Origin: Octopus vulgaris
Taxonomy: Eukaryota
DNA: 64,000 bases
Reading direction: 5' to 3'
Assembly (NCBI GenBank): GCA_951406725.2
Contig: OX597830.1
Location: 33,542,001-33,606,000 of the forward strand
Under the pieces are notes generated by a model. It had not been told where the DNA came from and ran no database searches. It worked only from the letters and a program-made list of their open reading frames with translations. This document shows, in pieces, positions 1-12,296 of this stretch (position 1 is the stretch's first letter; each line of letters begins with the position of its first letter). Made by a program: the position numbers and the translations under genes.

Positions 1-616
1 GAGGGTGGCAGTGATAGTAGTGGTGGTGGTGGGAGGGGTGAGTGGGTGTACTGTTGTTGGTAGTGATTGTGGTAGTGGTGATGATGGTAGTGGGGTTGAG
101 TGGAGGTACTGTTGCTGTTGGTGCTGATGGTGATGGTGGTGGTGGTGGTGGTGGTGGTGATGGTGACAGTATTGTCATTGTTGTTGTTGTTGTCCTTGTT
201 ATTGTTGTTGTTGTTAGTGCTGGTGGTGGTGGTGGTGGTGGTGGAGTGTTTAGTGGTAGTGTCAGCGAAGGGTGGTAGCATTAGTATCTCATGGTGATAA
301 CCGTAGTATCTGTGATATCAGTATTATCAGTATAGGTATTAGTAATGGTAATGATGTCACCCGTAGCAGAGATGGTGCAGGTACAATGGAAGCTAAATTA
401 AAGGTATGAAATCTCCCCTCAACCCCCAACCCCAACACCAATCACCCAGGCCAATACCAAAACATTTCGTCTATGTCTTCATGCATGTATGTATATGCAC
501 CTGTGTGTATATATGCATATACGTACACCTGTGTATGTGTGTGCGCATACCTGATTGGAATTAAGTCATATAATGGTCAATAGTGTGATTCAACCATGCA
601 TGGAACTTGTAGCCGG

Positions 617-846
617 AGTTAAATTACTCAATGTCTCCCACTCTTTCACTCTCTCTGCTTCTGTCTCTCTCTTATACACACTCTCTCTCTCTCTCTCTCT
701 CTCTCTCATTCTTACTCTCTCCATTACTCTTCTTCTCACATGCTCTCTTATACATTTATCTACCTAATTGTATAACCTTTTATTATAAGAAGTTAAATTA
801 CACAATGTCTCCCTCCCTTTCACTCTCTCTGCTTCCGTCTCTCTCT

Positions 847-882
<36 letters not shown>

Positions 883-1011
883 CATCTCTCTCTGTTACAT
901 ACACATACACACTCTCTCTCTCTTTCTTACTCTCTCCATCACCCTTCTTCTCACATGCTCTCTTATGCATTTACTTACCAAATTGTATTACCTATTATTA
1001 TAAGAAGTTAA
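617..1011. repeat. Two-copy tandem duplication (~175-215 bp units) with internal (CT)n/(CA)n
   Basis: agttaaattac(t/a)caatgtctccc...ttattataagaagttaa occurs twice head-to-tail. Confidence 0.85.
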
Positions 1012-1245
1012 AAGACAGGAAGATGGCAGAATTATTAGCCTACCGGACAAAATGCTAAGCAGCCTTTCATCTGTCTTCACATCATGAGTTCAAATTTGAT
1101 CAAGGTCGACTTCACCTTTTGTTCTTTTGGGGAGTTTAGGAAATAAGTAAGTACCACTCGAAACTCTTAGGTAGTGGGGTTCAATGTAATTGACGTAGCC
1201 CCACCCTTCCACAAAATTTCAAGCTTCATGCATATAGAAGAAAGA
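1012..1245 (+). mobile_element. SINE-B (tRNA-headed), diverged
   Basis: tggcagaattattagc...gagttcaaatt (B-box)...gtcgacttcaccttt, matching the copy at 56601. Confidence 0.75.
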
Positions 1246-1261
1246 TTAGAAGTTAATAAGG

Positions 1262-1460
1262 GCCAGAGCTGGCCTAATGATTAGAGCATCCGAAACAATT
1301 CTTTGTGGCATTTCTTTCAGTCCTTTACATTCTGAGTTCAAATCCTGCCAAAGTCAACGTCTCCCCTAAGGTTTACAGAAATAAAGTTCCAGCCAAGTAC
1401 TTCCCTCAAGCTCCTCCCTTCAAATTTTCTGTTTTTGTACACAAATCAGAAACCTTTATT
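1262..1460 (+). mobile_element. SINE-B-related, highly diverged
   Basis: agctggcctaatg...ttctgagttcaaatcctgccaaagtcaac. Confidence 0.6.
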
Positions 1461-1569
1461 AGAAGTTAAGACAGTTACTTTGCAATGACATGGTTCTGAG
1501 TTCAAATCACTGCAATGTTTTAAGTAATGGTTTGTGAATTTCTTTTCAGTTTACATCAGCCAAATTTTC

Positions 1570-1693
1570 TCACAAAGTTTTGTTCATTCTGGAGCTATAG
1601 TAGAAGAGACTTGACCAAGGTTCCATGCAATGGAAGTGAACCTAGGACTCCAAGGTTGTGAAGTAAATTTCTTAACCCAACAGCTACGCCTGC
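1570..1693 (-). mobile_element. SINE-A 5' head fragment
   Basis: gctatagtagaagagacttgaccaaggttccatgcaatggaagtgaacc matches SINE-A antisense. Confidence 0.75.
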
Positions 1694-1853
1694 AACCACG
1701 AATATCTCTGAGATTTGGAGAGACAAATAGACAGAGAGACAGACAGTCAGACAAACAAACAAACAAACAGATAGAAATAATGATAGACAGACAGACAGAT
1801 AGGTAGACAGGTAAGTAGGTAGGTAGGTAGGTAGGTAGGTAGGTAGATAGATA

Positions 1854-1987
1854 TGTTTCTTTATTAGCGACACAGGGCTGCACACAGACGGGATAGATCA
1901 CAAAGTAGAGCTTTTCTTTTTTGGGGAAAGAAAAAAAAAGGATCGTAAAAGGGGAAGAAGAAAAAAAGAAGACAGAGAGACACGTAA
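1854..1987 (-). mobile_element. LINE-like 3' end inserted in (GATA)n
   Basis: Homologous to 46271-46564; ends ...gcagccctgtgtcgctaataaagaaac on minus; flanked by gtagatagata at 1843-1853 and 1988-1998. Confidence 0.75.
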
Positions 1988-1988
1988 G

Positions 1989-2020
<32 letters not shown>

Positions 2021-2129
2021 CAGACAGGTAAGTAGATAGATAGATAGACAAATAGATAGATAGACAGAGAGACAGGTAAGTAGATAGATAGATAGACAGA
2101 GAGACAGGCAAGTCGATAGATAGATAGAC

Positions 2130-2180
<51 letters not shown>

Positions 2181-2294
2181 CACCAAAGGCTAGAAGAATT
2201 GAAACAAATTATCACAAACAACTACTAACATTCGCTGCAAAATGTCTCATGTCATGTGAAGAACCTGAATAATTTATTAATCAGAAATACAGTG

Positions 2295-2337
2295 TCAATC
2301 ACTTTGAAGTTTCAATGCCAACTGCTCATCAGACCAA
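2295..2337 (-). ncRNA. Degenerate type I hammerhead-like motif
   Basis: Minus: ttggt CTGATGA gcagttggcatt GAAA CTT ca AAG T G attga; 4 bp stem III, wobble-rich stem I, weak stem II, G at position 17; AATAAA ~20 nt downstream. Confidence 0.5.
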
Positions 2338-2339
2338 TA

Positions 2340-2990
2340 TTTTGTCGTTTTTAAGACTTTAGAGTTTTCTGGACATTTACCATACTCCTTTCAGTGTAGA
2401 TTTACAATATCCTCCATCTGGTGATATGCTACTGCTATCAGCCTTGAAACTAATTAAGAACCCGGAACCTAAATAGAGTAATGTCCCTTTTAACTGTTCC
2501 ATTGGCACTGCACAATTTCTGCTGCAATTCCCATATTTCACAGATGTCAATACTAACATTTGGTTTATCTGCAAGCTCTGTATGAACTATTTCACCAATT
2601 TGATAAATTTGCTTCCTGGCCATTTTTTTCTATCAATCGTGGAAACTTTTATTTCATAGCATAATGTGATTTCTTTTTTCCTTATATATATTTACTTTCA
2701 TTTTCATCTTCGATGTTTCATTTCTCATTAAGATTTTGTTTTCATGTTCCTTTATTCTGGCCTTTTGGGACTTACCATTTTCTCTTTTATAAAACCATCT
2801 TTAATGCAGGAAATGTCATAGATATAGTTCTAACATTTCTTTCATTCTTGGAGACTTTAACTTTGGTAAAAAATGTTGGTAAAAGCGAGACGGTGAGGCA
2901 TGGCCAACACTTTGAGTGAGCGTCTTCTATTTATAGTTTCAGGCTGAAGATATTGTGAGTAGAATTCAGTAGGTGGCTGCTGTCCAATGA
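2340..2990 (-). pseudogene. Possible highly decayed Penelope-like ORF 3' end (linker/GIY-YIG region)
   Basis: Frame-hopping peptides FTKVKVS..NVRTIS, KYI*GK, DRKK..SKFI, KYGNCSRNCAV occur in the order expected for a PLE C-terminus, directly upstream of a hammerhead-like motif; similarity judged by eye. Confidence 0.35.
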
Positions 2991-3153
2991 CTGAAACCTG
3001 TAAAAGTGTAAAACAATATTTAGGTGTCAGTACATGTATGTGCTTGAGTATAAATATATATGTATTTATATATAAGTATGCATATGCATAAATATGTATA
3101 TGTATGTATATATGCATGTGTGTGTGTGTATGCATATAATACACACTCATATA

Positions 3154-3189
<36 letters not shown>

Positions 3190-3347
3190 TGTATCTATGT
3201 ATGTGTGTGTGTATGTATGTATTTATATATTATCTATGTGTACACAAATGTGGATACATATACTCACATAAGTGGAAATATACATCAATATTCATATGAA
3301 TTCCTTCACATTGATATACATTCTCGCTTTTATACATACATACATAC

Positions 3348-3396
<49 letters not shown>

Positions 3397-3600
3397 TATA
3401 TGTACACATGTGCTGATAAGTATACAGTCACATACACAAATACACATCAACCACCTCCTACATTTACATAGAAACAGGCACACCATCTGTATGTAATGTC
3501 GTTATTATAGAACATCTTAATTTGTGACTTTATTCTAAGTGATTTCTCTTACGTGCCCAGATACACATGTTTTCAGCTGGCTTCTAAAATCTTTATTCAA

Positions 3601-3635
<35 letters not shown>

Positions 3636-4194
3636 AAGGAGATTTATTCATTTCTGTCACCCTTCCTAGTGTCCTGCAAACACACACTCACCAACACACA
3701 TACTAACGTGAACACATGCACGCAGAATAATTTCTCTCGCATCTAACGACAATAACTTCGAAAGGTGGTGTGCACTAATGAGCCATCAACTTGAAATATG
3801 AAAGACAATGTAAAATAAGAAGTGGTTTTGACAGTTCCATATCTCGTTCGGCAAACTAATTAATTTGCTTTTGATTCCTGTATGCTTTTAATTTTGTGGA
3901 ATAAATTAATTGGAAATATTATTGTTTGAGGATGGATGAAGCAAGTTATAGTTCACTGACTATGATGCCGGAATCTTAAGCAGTTTTCAGCTTTACCGTT
4001 TGCTTTGCTTTCCTATGAGTCTTAGAGTCTCTGAGTCTGTCTTCCATTACCTTGCAGGTTTTCCATGCTGGCGGTTTATCTGTGAAGAATCCTTCTTGCA
4101 AATGGTTGAATGGATGGATGGATGGATGGATGAATGGACGGTTGGATGGCGCTCATCTTGGTAGCCAAGACGTTAGGGTTGCATCTTTCTTTCT

Positions 4195-4410
4195 GTCTTT
4201 CATTCGGTTCAGTCATTAGACCACGGCCATGTTGGAGCACTGCCTTGAAAAATTCCTAGTTGAATGAATCGTACCCAAAACATTTTCCTTTTAAAGCTTG
4301 GTATTTATTCTATTAGTCTCTTTTGCTGAACTGCTAAGTTATAGGATGTAAACAAACCAACACCAATTGTCAAGCAGTCGTGAGGCCCAAACACAGACAC
4401 AAGGACACAA
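4195..4410 (-). mobile_element. SINE-A 3' half, diverged
   Basis: ttcagtcattagaccacggccatgttggagcactgcc...ctgctaagtt. Confidence 0.75.
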
Positions 4411-4535
4411 TTTGTTTTTTCAGAATCTTAAACTAATGAACTTATGTTACATATATTTATAACAGATGAAATGGTCATGTTTGGAATATTTAAACAATAC
4501 CAAAAGCATCAACATCTTCATTGTTGTCATCACAG

Positions 4536-4690
4536 TGATGTGGCTGTGTGATAAAGAAACATGCTTCCCATCTACATAGTTTTGGGTTCAGTTCCACTGC
4601 TTGGCACCTTGAAGCAGTACCTTCTACTTTAACCTCAGGCTGACCAAAACCATGTAAGTTTGGTAGATGGGAAACTGAAAGAAGCTCATC

Positions 4691-4728
<38 letters not shown>

Positions 4729-4735
4729 CAGTGTC
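4536..4735 (+). mobile_element. SINE-A 5' half, diverged
   Basis: tggctgtgtg (A-box)...gggttcagttcc (B-box)...gaaactgaaagaagc then (TG)n. Confidence 0.8.
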
Positions 4736-4741
4736 TTGATA

Positions 4742-5520
4742 TTCTTTTCTACTCGAGGTACAAAGGCTGAGATTTTGGGGGAGGGGGCCAGTCAATTATA
4801 TCGACCCAAGTATGCGACTGGTACTTAATTTATCGACTCTGAAAGGATGAAAGGTAAAGTCAACCTTGGCAGAATTTGAACTCAAAAAGTAAAGACAGGA
4901 GAAATACCACTAAGCATTTTGCCCAGTGTCCTAAAATTTCTGCCAGCTCAACACACTAAAACAGCTTAATATTCTTTTCTGCTCTATGCACAAGGCCCAA
5001 AATTTGTGGGGAGGGAGCCAGTTGATTAGATCGGAACCAGTATACAACTTGGTGGAATTTGAACTCAGAACATAAAGATTGATGAAATGCTGTTAAGCAT
5101 TATGTCTAGCATGTTAACTGCTTTAAGATACCTCCAATAATCCTTTATACTAAAAGCACAAGGCCTGAAATTTTGTGGGGCAAGAACCAGTCGATTACAT
5201 CGACCCCAGTGTTTCACTGGTACTTAATTTATCGACCCTGAAAGGATGAAAGCTGAAGTCAGCCTCAGAACATAGCTACAGGCAAAATACCTATTTCTTT
5301 ATTGCCCACAAGGAGCTAAACATAGAGAGGACAAACAAGGACAGACAAAGGGATTAAGTCGATTACATCGACCCCAGTGCATAACTGGTACTTTATTTAT
5401 CGACCCCGAATGAATGAAAGCCAAAGTCGACCTCGGCGGAATTTGAACTCAGAACGTAATGGCAAAATACCATGAAGCATTTCCCCCAGCATGCTAACGA
5501 TTCTGCCAGCTCACCACCTT
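4742..5520 (-). mobile_element. Train of four SINE-B copies
   Basis: Repeated ctggtacttaatttatcgac...gaatttgaactcagaac; the last two are enclosed by a ~17 bp TSD (5125-5141 and 5521-5537). Confidence 0.85.
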
Positions 5521-6185
5521 AGGATACCTCTAATAATAAAATATAAAATAATTGAACCACTCATCTATCAACAGATAGACTCGAGAATAGAAAAAAAGAA
5601 AAAAACAACCTGTATCGGTGTTGCTGTTGTTTAACCCCAGGTCAGGCTTTATAGAACAGACTTCACTAAAGATATCCTAACTATGAAAATCGTGTCTACT
5701 TGAGCATCAGGGATTATTCAGCACCTCCATATTTATTCAAGATGGTTGAATGTGATGTGAGAGAAATTTGGCTGTTATTTCTAGATGAGCCTTAATAAAG
5801 CAGACCTATGATCTGTGATCAAAGACCTTCCATTTCTGACCATATCATTATTTTCTCAAGCAGTTCATCATATTTAACGAGCAGATCAACATTACTCAAT
5901 CTGTTCTTTCTTTTGAACAACAGTTGGGTTATAATTTGAAGGAGATTTGGTTGCTATTTTAAGCTGGTCAAGCACTCACATAGACACTCAGTCTTCGGCA
6001 GGTTCAATTCCACTCTATGTCACCTTTGGTTAAGTTTCATCTTCTAAAGCTCTGGGCTGACCAATGCTTTGTGAGTAAGTTAGGTTGACAGAAACTGGTA
6101 TGTTTTGGTTCTTCCTTGACAAGAAAGTTTTTAATCTAGACCACAAAAGTCTAACAAAAACTGACAAATGGTTTATCTAAATACT

Positions 6186-6342
6186 TATGGCTATGTGGTA
6201 AGTAGCTTGTTTACCAACCACATGGTTCCAGGTTCAGTCCCACTGTGTGGCACCTTGGGCAAGTGTCTTCTACTATAGTATCAAGCCGACCAAAGCCTTG
6301 TGAGTGGATTTGATAGACAGAAACTGAAAGAAGCCCGTCGTA

Positions 6343-6399
<57 letters not shown>

Positions 6400-6610
6400 G
6401 TATGTGTGTGTATATGTGTTTGTCCCCCCAACATCGCTTGACAACCGATGCTGGTATGTTTACATCCCCATAACTTAGTGGTTCGGCAAAAGAGACTGGT
6501 AGAATAAGTACTGGGCTTACAAAGAATAAGTCCTGGGGTTGATTTGCTCGACTAAAGGCAGTGCTCCAGCATGGCTGCAGGGAAATGACTGAAACAAGTA
6601 AAGAGAGAGT
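6186..6610 (+). mobile_element. SINE-A, full length
   Basis: A-box tggctatgtgg, B-box ggttcagtccc, internal (TA)n, tail tgactgaaacaagtaaagag. Confidence 0.92.
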
Positions 6611-6644
6611 ATGTCCCCGGGGTGATGCACTCTAAGTTTTCAGC

Positions 6645-7098
6645 AATTGTGATGGTTTTAAGAGTGGTGAGCAACAAACGTCATGCCATGTTACCTCTCA
6701 TCTTTCCACATGGATAAAATTATTGCTGCTGAAGACAGTTGTTAATCCCTTGATGGATGAAGTATGCAGTGGAAAGCAATATGTGTTTCAACAAAACTCA
6801 AGAGCTTCTCCCAAGGCCCGTGAAACCCAAGTATGGATGTCAGACAATCCTTACAATCGTGTAACATCAAACGTGGTGCCTCCAAACTTATCAGATTTAA
6901 ATCTCATAAACTATTAACAGTTGGTACACTTTTGAAAGGGAGAGTAATTGACATCTACCCAGTACCATAGCTTCCTTGAAGACCATCATTATCTAGATGA
7001 TGTCTGGAATCAATACATACCATTTAGTGCAGGTATGTTAACAATTCCTGTCTAATATTAAAGCAGCCATTCAAGCAGAAGTTAGAGCCATCAAATAA
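6645..7098 (+). pseudogene. Decayed Tc1/mariner-superfamily (maT-like) transposase catalytic C-terminus
   Basis: VMVLRVVSN..., YVFQQNSRASPKARETQVWM, VPPNLSDLNLINY resemble FQQDSAPxH and WPPNSPDLNPLDY; stops and frameshifts present. Confidence 0.8.
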
Positions 7099-7934
7099 TT
7101 TATGAAGAAATCTTATCAAGAATCAGTGCACTCATTTTCATTAAAATACATTTGGTTTTTGGTGAATTAGAGTTGTTTAATTTAATTAGGTCACTACTCA
7201 TTGCTATGCTAACCATAAAAATATTTGTTGTCAACAGACTTGCAATTACAATTCCTGTTTATAATCAAAACTTGTTACTTACTATGGTGACAACACTACC
7301 TAGCTATTTATCTTTCATGCATTCTCTCTTTTTCTCTCAAAGTGTATTTCTCTCACAGCAACAACAACTTTTTCTTCTTTCCCTTCTTCCCTCCTTCTAC
7401 ATTTATGTTGTGATGGACAGACAGACAGACTGACAGATGGAGAGCAGCTTGACTTTAACCAAATATGTCTTCAAACGCATCTTGCACCCGGTATCCTTTT
7501 AATTTTTCTCATTACAATACTTTTTGAAGTATTTTTATTTTCAACTTAGCTTTTTATGAGATTTCTCGGGTTTTATTTCCTGATAATTTTCTTCTATTAT
7601 TTTTTTTTCCTTGACATTGTTCACAGGCTGGAAATAAATAAACAAATAGCAAATAAGACACTAAATAAATAAATAAATAAATGAGTAAATAAATATAAAG
7701 AGGTGGGGATGTTTTGTTTCAATTTAATCTACATTACAAATGTGAGTCTGTTTAGCACACAGTTCTAACATAGGTAACAAAAAGATCGCTTGATAATTTA
7801 GGAAAATAATCAAATGAAAGAAAATGAAACCAAATGAAATTTCTTTTTCAAAAACAAATCAGTAACAAAAAAAGAAAAGAAACAAAAGAAAATACGAAAA
7901 TGATGACAATGATTATCAGTAGTAATTAAGAATG

Positions 7935-8210
7935 GTGGATTGATGAATTTGTAGTGACACTGGGTAAAATGCCTTGCAATATTTGTTCCAGCTCTCTACA
8001 TTTTGAGTTCTAATTCCACCAAAGTCAGTTTTGCTTTCCATCCTTTTGAGGTTGATAAAATACCTGTCAATATATATTCAAAATCAAGATGGCAAGCTGG
8101 CACAAAAGTTAGCACACTGGGGAAAATGATCAGAAGCAGTTTGTCTGTTGCTACATTTTGAGTTCAAATTCCACCAAGGTCAACTTTGCCTTTCATCTCT
8201 TTCAGGGTTG
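7935..8210 (+). mobile_element. Two SINE-B 5' portions
   Basis: ttttgagttc(t/a)aattccacc...ttgc(t/c)tt..catc occurs twice. Confidence 0.75.
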
Positions 8211-8212
8211 TA

Positions 8213-9040
8213 AAGAAAATGTATGGTCAGTTTGCAAGAGATGTGAACACCAAGACAGATACAGAGGACTGGTGGTTATGGGTGAGGAGGGGTGACCTGA
8301 AGATAGAGACAGAAGCACTCATATGCGCTGCTTAGGAACAAGCATTAAGGACCAACTATATGAAGTGCAGAATAGACAATATTACTGATAGCAACAAATG
8401 CAGAATGTGTGGTGACAGAGATGAACAATATGGCACATTGTTAGCGAATGCCTGAAATTGACACATCGCAAATACAAAGGATGCCATGACAATGTGGTAA
8501 GAATGATTCATTGGGAGTTCTGTGGAAATCATGGCCTACAAAGAGCAAAGACGTGGTATGAGCAAACTCCAGAAGGAGTCAGGGAAAATGAGAATTGCAA
8601 AATCCTTTGGGATGCAATGATCCAGCGTGATCACACAACCAGATATCAAAAAGCAGGCATTGTTGTGGGGAATAAAAACAGAACATGTATGATAATCGAC
8701 ATAGCATGCCCTGGTGACAACACAGCAACAGGATCAAAGTGAAAGAAGTAGAAAAAAACAAACAACTATGATGATTTGAAGTGGGGAAAACGAAGGTTTT
8801 GGTCAATGAAGTGAGTAGATGTGATACCAATAGTAACTGGTGCATTTGGAAGTATCAGCACTCAGCTACCAACATGGCTGAAAAAGATCGGTACAAGTGT
8901 GAAGGTAGAATGCCTATAAAAATCAGCATTGCTTGGAACTGCAAGAATTCTGTGGACAGCTGACACTTTCCATCATATGCATCAAAATAAGCTGTGAGTT
9001 TTCATATAATAATAACAACAATAATAATAATACTGATAAT
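8213..9040 (+). mobile_element. R4/Dong-clade non-LTR retrotransposon 3' fragment (CCHC knuckle plus restriction-like endonuclease), decayed
   Basis: MYGQF..., CRMCGDRDE..WHIVSEC, HDNVVRMIHW, ILWD, IIDIACPGD, KSALLGTARIL; followed by (AAT)n. Confidence 0.88.
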
Positions 9041-9124
9041 AATGATGATGGTAATAATAATAATTATGATAATGAATATGATGATGATGATGATGATAAT
9101 GATAATAATGATGATGGTTGCACA

Positions 9125-9330
9125 TTTTGGCACAAGGCCAACAAGTCTGAGGGAGGGAGGTAAATCAATTACATTGACCCCAGTGTTCAACTGGTACTTA
9201 CTTTACCAAACCCAAAAGGACCAAAGACAAATTTGACCTCGGCAGAATTTGAACTCAGAATCTAAAAACAGATAAAATGCTACTAGGCATTGTTGTCCAG
9301 TGTGCTAACAACTCTGCTAGCTCACTGCAT
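9125..9330 (-). mobile_element. SINE-B
   Basis: ggcacaaggcc...ctggtactta...gacctcggcagaatttgaactcagaa. Confidence 0.8.
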
Positions 9331-9390
9331 TAATAACAATAATAGTAATATTAGTAATAGTAGTAGTAATAATAATAATAATAATAATAA

Positions 9391-9810
9391 TCTCATGGTC
9401 ACTGAGATTGAGAATAGGAAGCCGGACATAGTCTTAATTGAGAAAGAAAACAAACTATGCTGGATCATAGATATAGCATGCCCAGTTGAAAACAAGGTAT
9501 GCGATAAGGAAGAAAGAAAAGTCGAGAAATATGATAAGTTAGCTTGGGAAGTTAAGCAGTTGTGGTCGATTAGCAGTAGTACCAATAATTGTTGGAGCCT
9601 TGGGAACAGTGAACAAAATTCTTGAGAAGTACATGGAACAAAAAGTGGCTGCAATAAGGGTGGAGAACTTGCAGAAAACAGCACTGCTTGGAACTGCTCG
9701 AATACTCCGGAAGGTGCCCGAAAAATTAGGGGTGTTACTTTAGTTCACTGGTAGTGAATAGCTGACACCATGGTACATCTCCAGCATTAGAAGCAGTGCC
9801 AAGGTAATAA

Positions 9811-9859
<49 letters not shown>

Positions 9860-9872
9860 TAATAATAATAAT
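9391..9872 (+). mobile_element. R4/Dong-clade 3' fragment inserted in (TAA)n
   Basis: EIENRKPDIVLIEKENKLCWIIDIACP...EKYDKL...LQKTALLGTARILRKV, short 3' UTR, (TAA)n on both sides. Confidence 0.9.
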
Positions 9873-10443
9873 GATGATCCTCATCATCATCATCACCATC
9901 CTTATCTACAGCAGCTGTCACAACCACCACCACCACCACCACCACCATTACAATTATCATTCTCATCATCATTATTATCGTCATAGAAACTTTTTGTATT
10001 GTAAATTCAGTCACGTCTTCCAGAGACTTTAACTGCCAAAATCTGGCTGTTGATAAGGGAGTGGGAGTTGGAATGGCTGAAGTTGTGGTAAAGTAGAACT
10101 CTTCAACAAAGGGTTGATAGGTTTTCTTCACCTTACTGTTGTTATTGTTGCCTTGTTCAGCTTTCTTGTCAAATGTGTTGTTGTTGAAGTTGTTGTTGTT
10201 CATCTTCTTCCTGTTCTTGTTGTTGTTGTTGTGGTGGTGGTCGTCGTCGTCATCATCGTCCTGGTGATGGTTTTAGTCAACAGTGCTAATAATATAAGGT
10301 GGAATATGACAGTCTTGCTGGGATGCGGATGCGTTTGCTAATGAATATATGTCTGTGTGTGCATGTGTATGTATGTGTATGTGTATGTGGAAATGTACCT
10401 GCCTCAGTACATACGTGTTTGCATAAGTGTATCTATCTACCTA

Positions 10444-10534
<91 letters not shown>

Positions 10535-10537
<3 letters not shown>

Positions 10538-10691
10538 AGTGGCTGTGTAGTAAGTAGCTTGCTTACGAACCACATGGTTCCAGGTTCAGTCCCACTGTGT
10601 GGCACCTTGGGCAAGTGTCTTCTACTATAGCTTCAGGCTGACCAAAGCCTTGTGAGTGGATTTGGTAGATGGAAACTGAAAGAAGCCTGTC

Positions 10692-10727
<36 letters not shown>

Positions 10728-10950
10728 GTGCATGTATATGTTTGTGTGTCTGTGTTTGTCCCCCCAACATCGTTTGACAACTGATGCTGGTGTGTTTATG
10801 TCCCCGTAACTTAGCAGTTCGGCAAAAGAGACTGATAGAATAACTACTAGGCTTACAAAGAATAAGTCCTGGGGTCGATTTGCTTGACTAACGGCGGTGC
10901 TCCAGCATGGCCATATTCAAATGACTGAAACAAGCAAAAGAGTAAAAGAT
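10535..10950 (+). mobile_element. SINE-A, full length
   Basis: aggagtggctgtgtagtaagtagc ... actgaaacaagcaaaagagtaaaag. Confidence 0.92.
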
Positions 10951-10951
10951 T

Positions 10952-11150
10952 GCTCTTATCATCAACTACAGCCTTAAAGCTATTCCATGCTAGGATCAAG
11001 TGATACTTGCTCATGCTGCTTTCCATATTACTGCAACAGCCATCAAGTCCTTAGTGCTATGATGCATCCAATTAGTTCTCTCTTGATACTACCACAGAAA
11101 GAGCAGTCTAGGGGTTTCAAATCAGAAAACCCAGGAGATTGCAACAAGTG
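10952..11150 (-). pseudogene. Decayed maT-like transposase C-terminus
   Basis: Minus: SPGFSDLKPLDC...HSTKDL...MSKYHLILAWNSFKAVVD, parallel to 6645-7098. Confidence 0.6.
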
Positions 11151-11299
11151 TGGACTCACATTATCACTTGGTTCTCTTAGGATTTGTTGGATGTAAACTG
11201 CACTCTTCTAATCACCTAGAAATTTCTCTGAAACCCCTGTACAAGACAAATCTGAAGGTAGAGACTTCCATCTTGAACTGTTTGGAAATGGCCTTCATT

Positions 11300-11385
11300 A
11301 AGTACTATAGCCTTGAGTCAACCAAAGCCTTGTGAATGGATTAAAGGAAATTAAAAGAAGCCCGGTTTATGTGTTTTTCTGTATG

Positions 11386-11419
<34 letters not shown>

Positions 11420-11738
11420 TGTATGTATGTATGTATGTATGTATGTATGTATGTATGTATGCATGCATGCATGCATGCATGCATGTATGTATGTATGTAT
11501 GTATGTATGTATGTATTTATGTATGTGTGCCTTTGTGTTTATGGCCTCTACCACTTCTTGAAAACCAGTGTTGCTTTGTTTACATCCCATAACTTGATGG
11601 TTTGACAAAAGAGACCAACAGAGTACACATCAGGCTTTAAAAAAAATGGCATGGGATTAATTTATTTGGTTAAACTCCTCAGTGGCAGTGCCCCAGCATG
11701 TCCACAGTTCAAAGACTGAAACAAGTGAAAAATAAAAG
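11300..11738 (+). mobile_element. SINE-A, headless and diverged
   Basis: actatagccttgagtcaaccaaagccttgtg...gactgaaacaagtg. Confidence 0.8.
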
Positions 11739-11894
11739 TCTAAAGAAACACACACACACACACACACAAATCTATATACATACAGTATATATATATGCAT
11801 AAGTATACATGTATATATATATATACACACACATACATATCTATTCATACACACACGCATATATATACATGTATGTATGTATCTTTTTTTCTCT

Positions 11895-12296
11895 TTCTCT
11901 TTTACTTGTTTCAGTCATTTGATTGTGGCCAAGCTTGAGCACTGCCTTTAGTCAAGCAAATCGACCCCAGGACTTATTCTTTGGAAGCCTAGTACTTATT
12001 TTATCTCTTTTGCTGAACCGCTAAATTATGGAATTGTAAACACACCAGCATCGGTTGTCAAAGGATGTTAGGGGCACAAATACAGACACACAAACATATA
12101 CACACACATACATATATATATATACATATATACGATGGGCTTCTTTCAGTTTCTGTCTACCAAATCCACTCACAAGCCTTTGGTCGGCCCAAGGCTATAG
12201 TAGAAGACACTTGCGCAGGGTGTCACGCAGTGGGAATGAGCCCAGAACCATGTGGTTCATAAGCAAGCTACATGCCACACAGCCACTCCTGCATCT
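11895..12296 (-). mobile_element. SINE-A, full length
   Basis: ttttacttgtttcagtcattt...ccacacagccactcctgc. Confidence 0.92.

Noticed and set aside
2776-2997. Apparent 222 bp minus-strand exon (ttttacag acceptor, ATG|gtaagt donor)
   Set aside because: Stops in all three frames, the acceptor resembles a SINE-A tail remnant, and the region may be a PLE relic; a 5' UTR exon cannot be excluded without RNA data.
6186-6255. tRNA genes at SINE heads
   Set aside because: A and B boxes are present but there is no full cloverleaf and each continues into a SINE body.
9787-10203. 138 aa minus-strand ORF with a complex middle
   Set aside because: Both ends are trinucleotide repeats, no recognisable domain, no clear splice sites.
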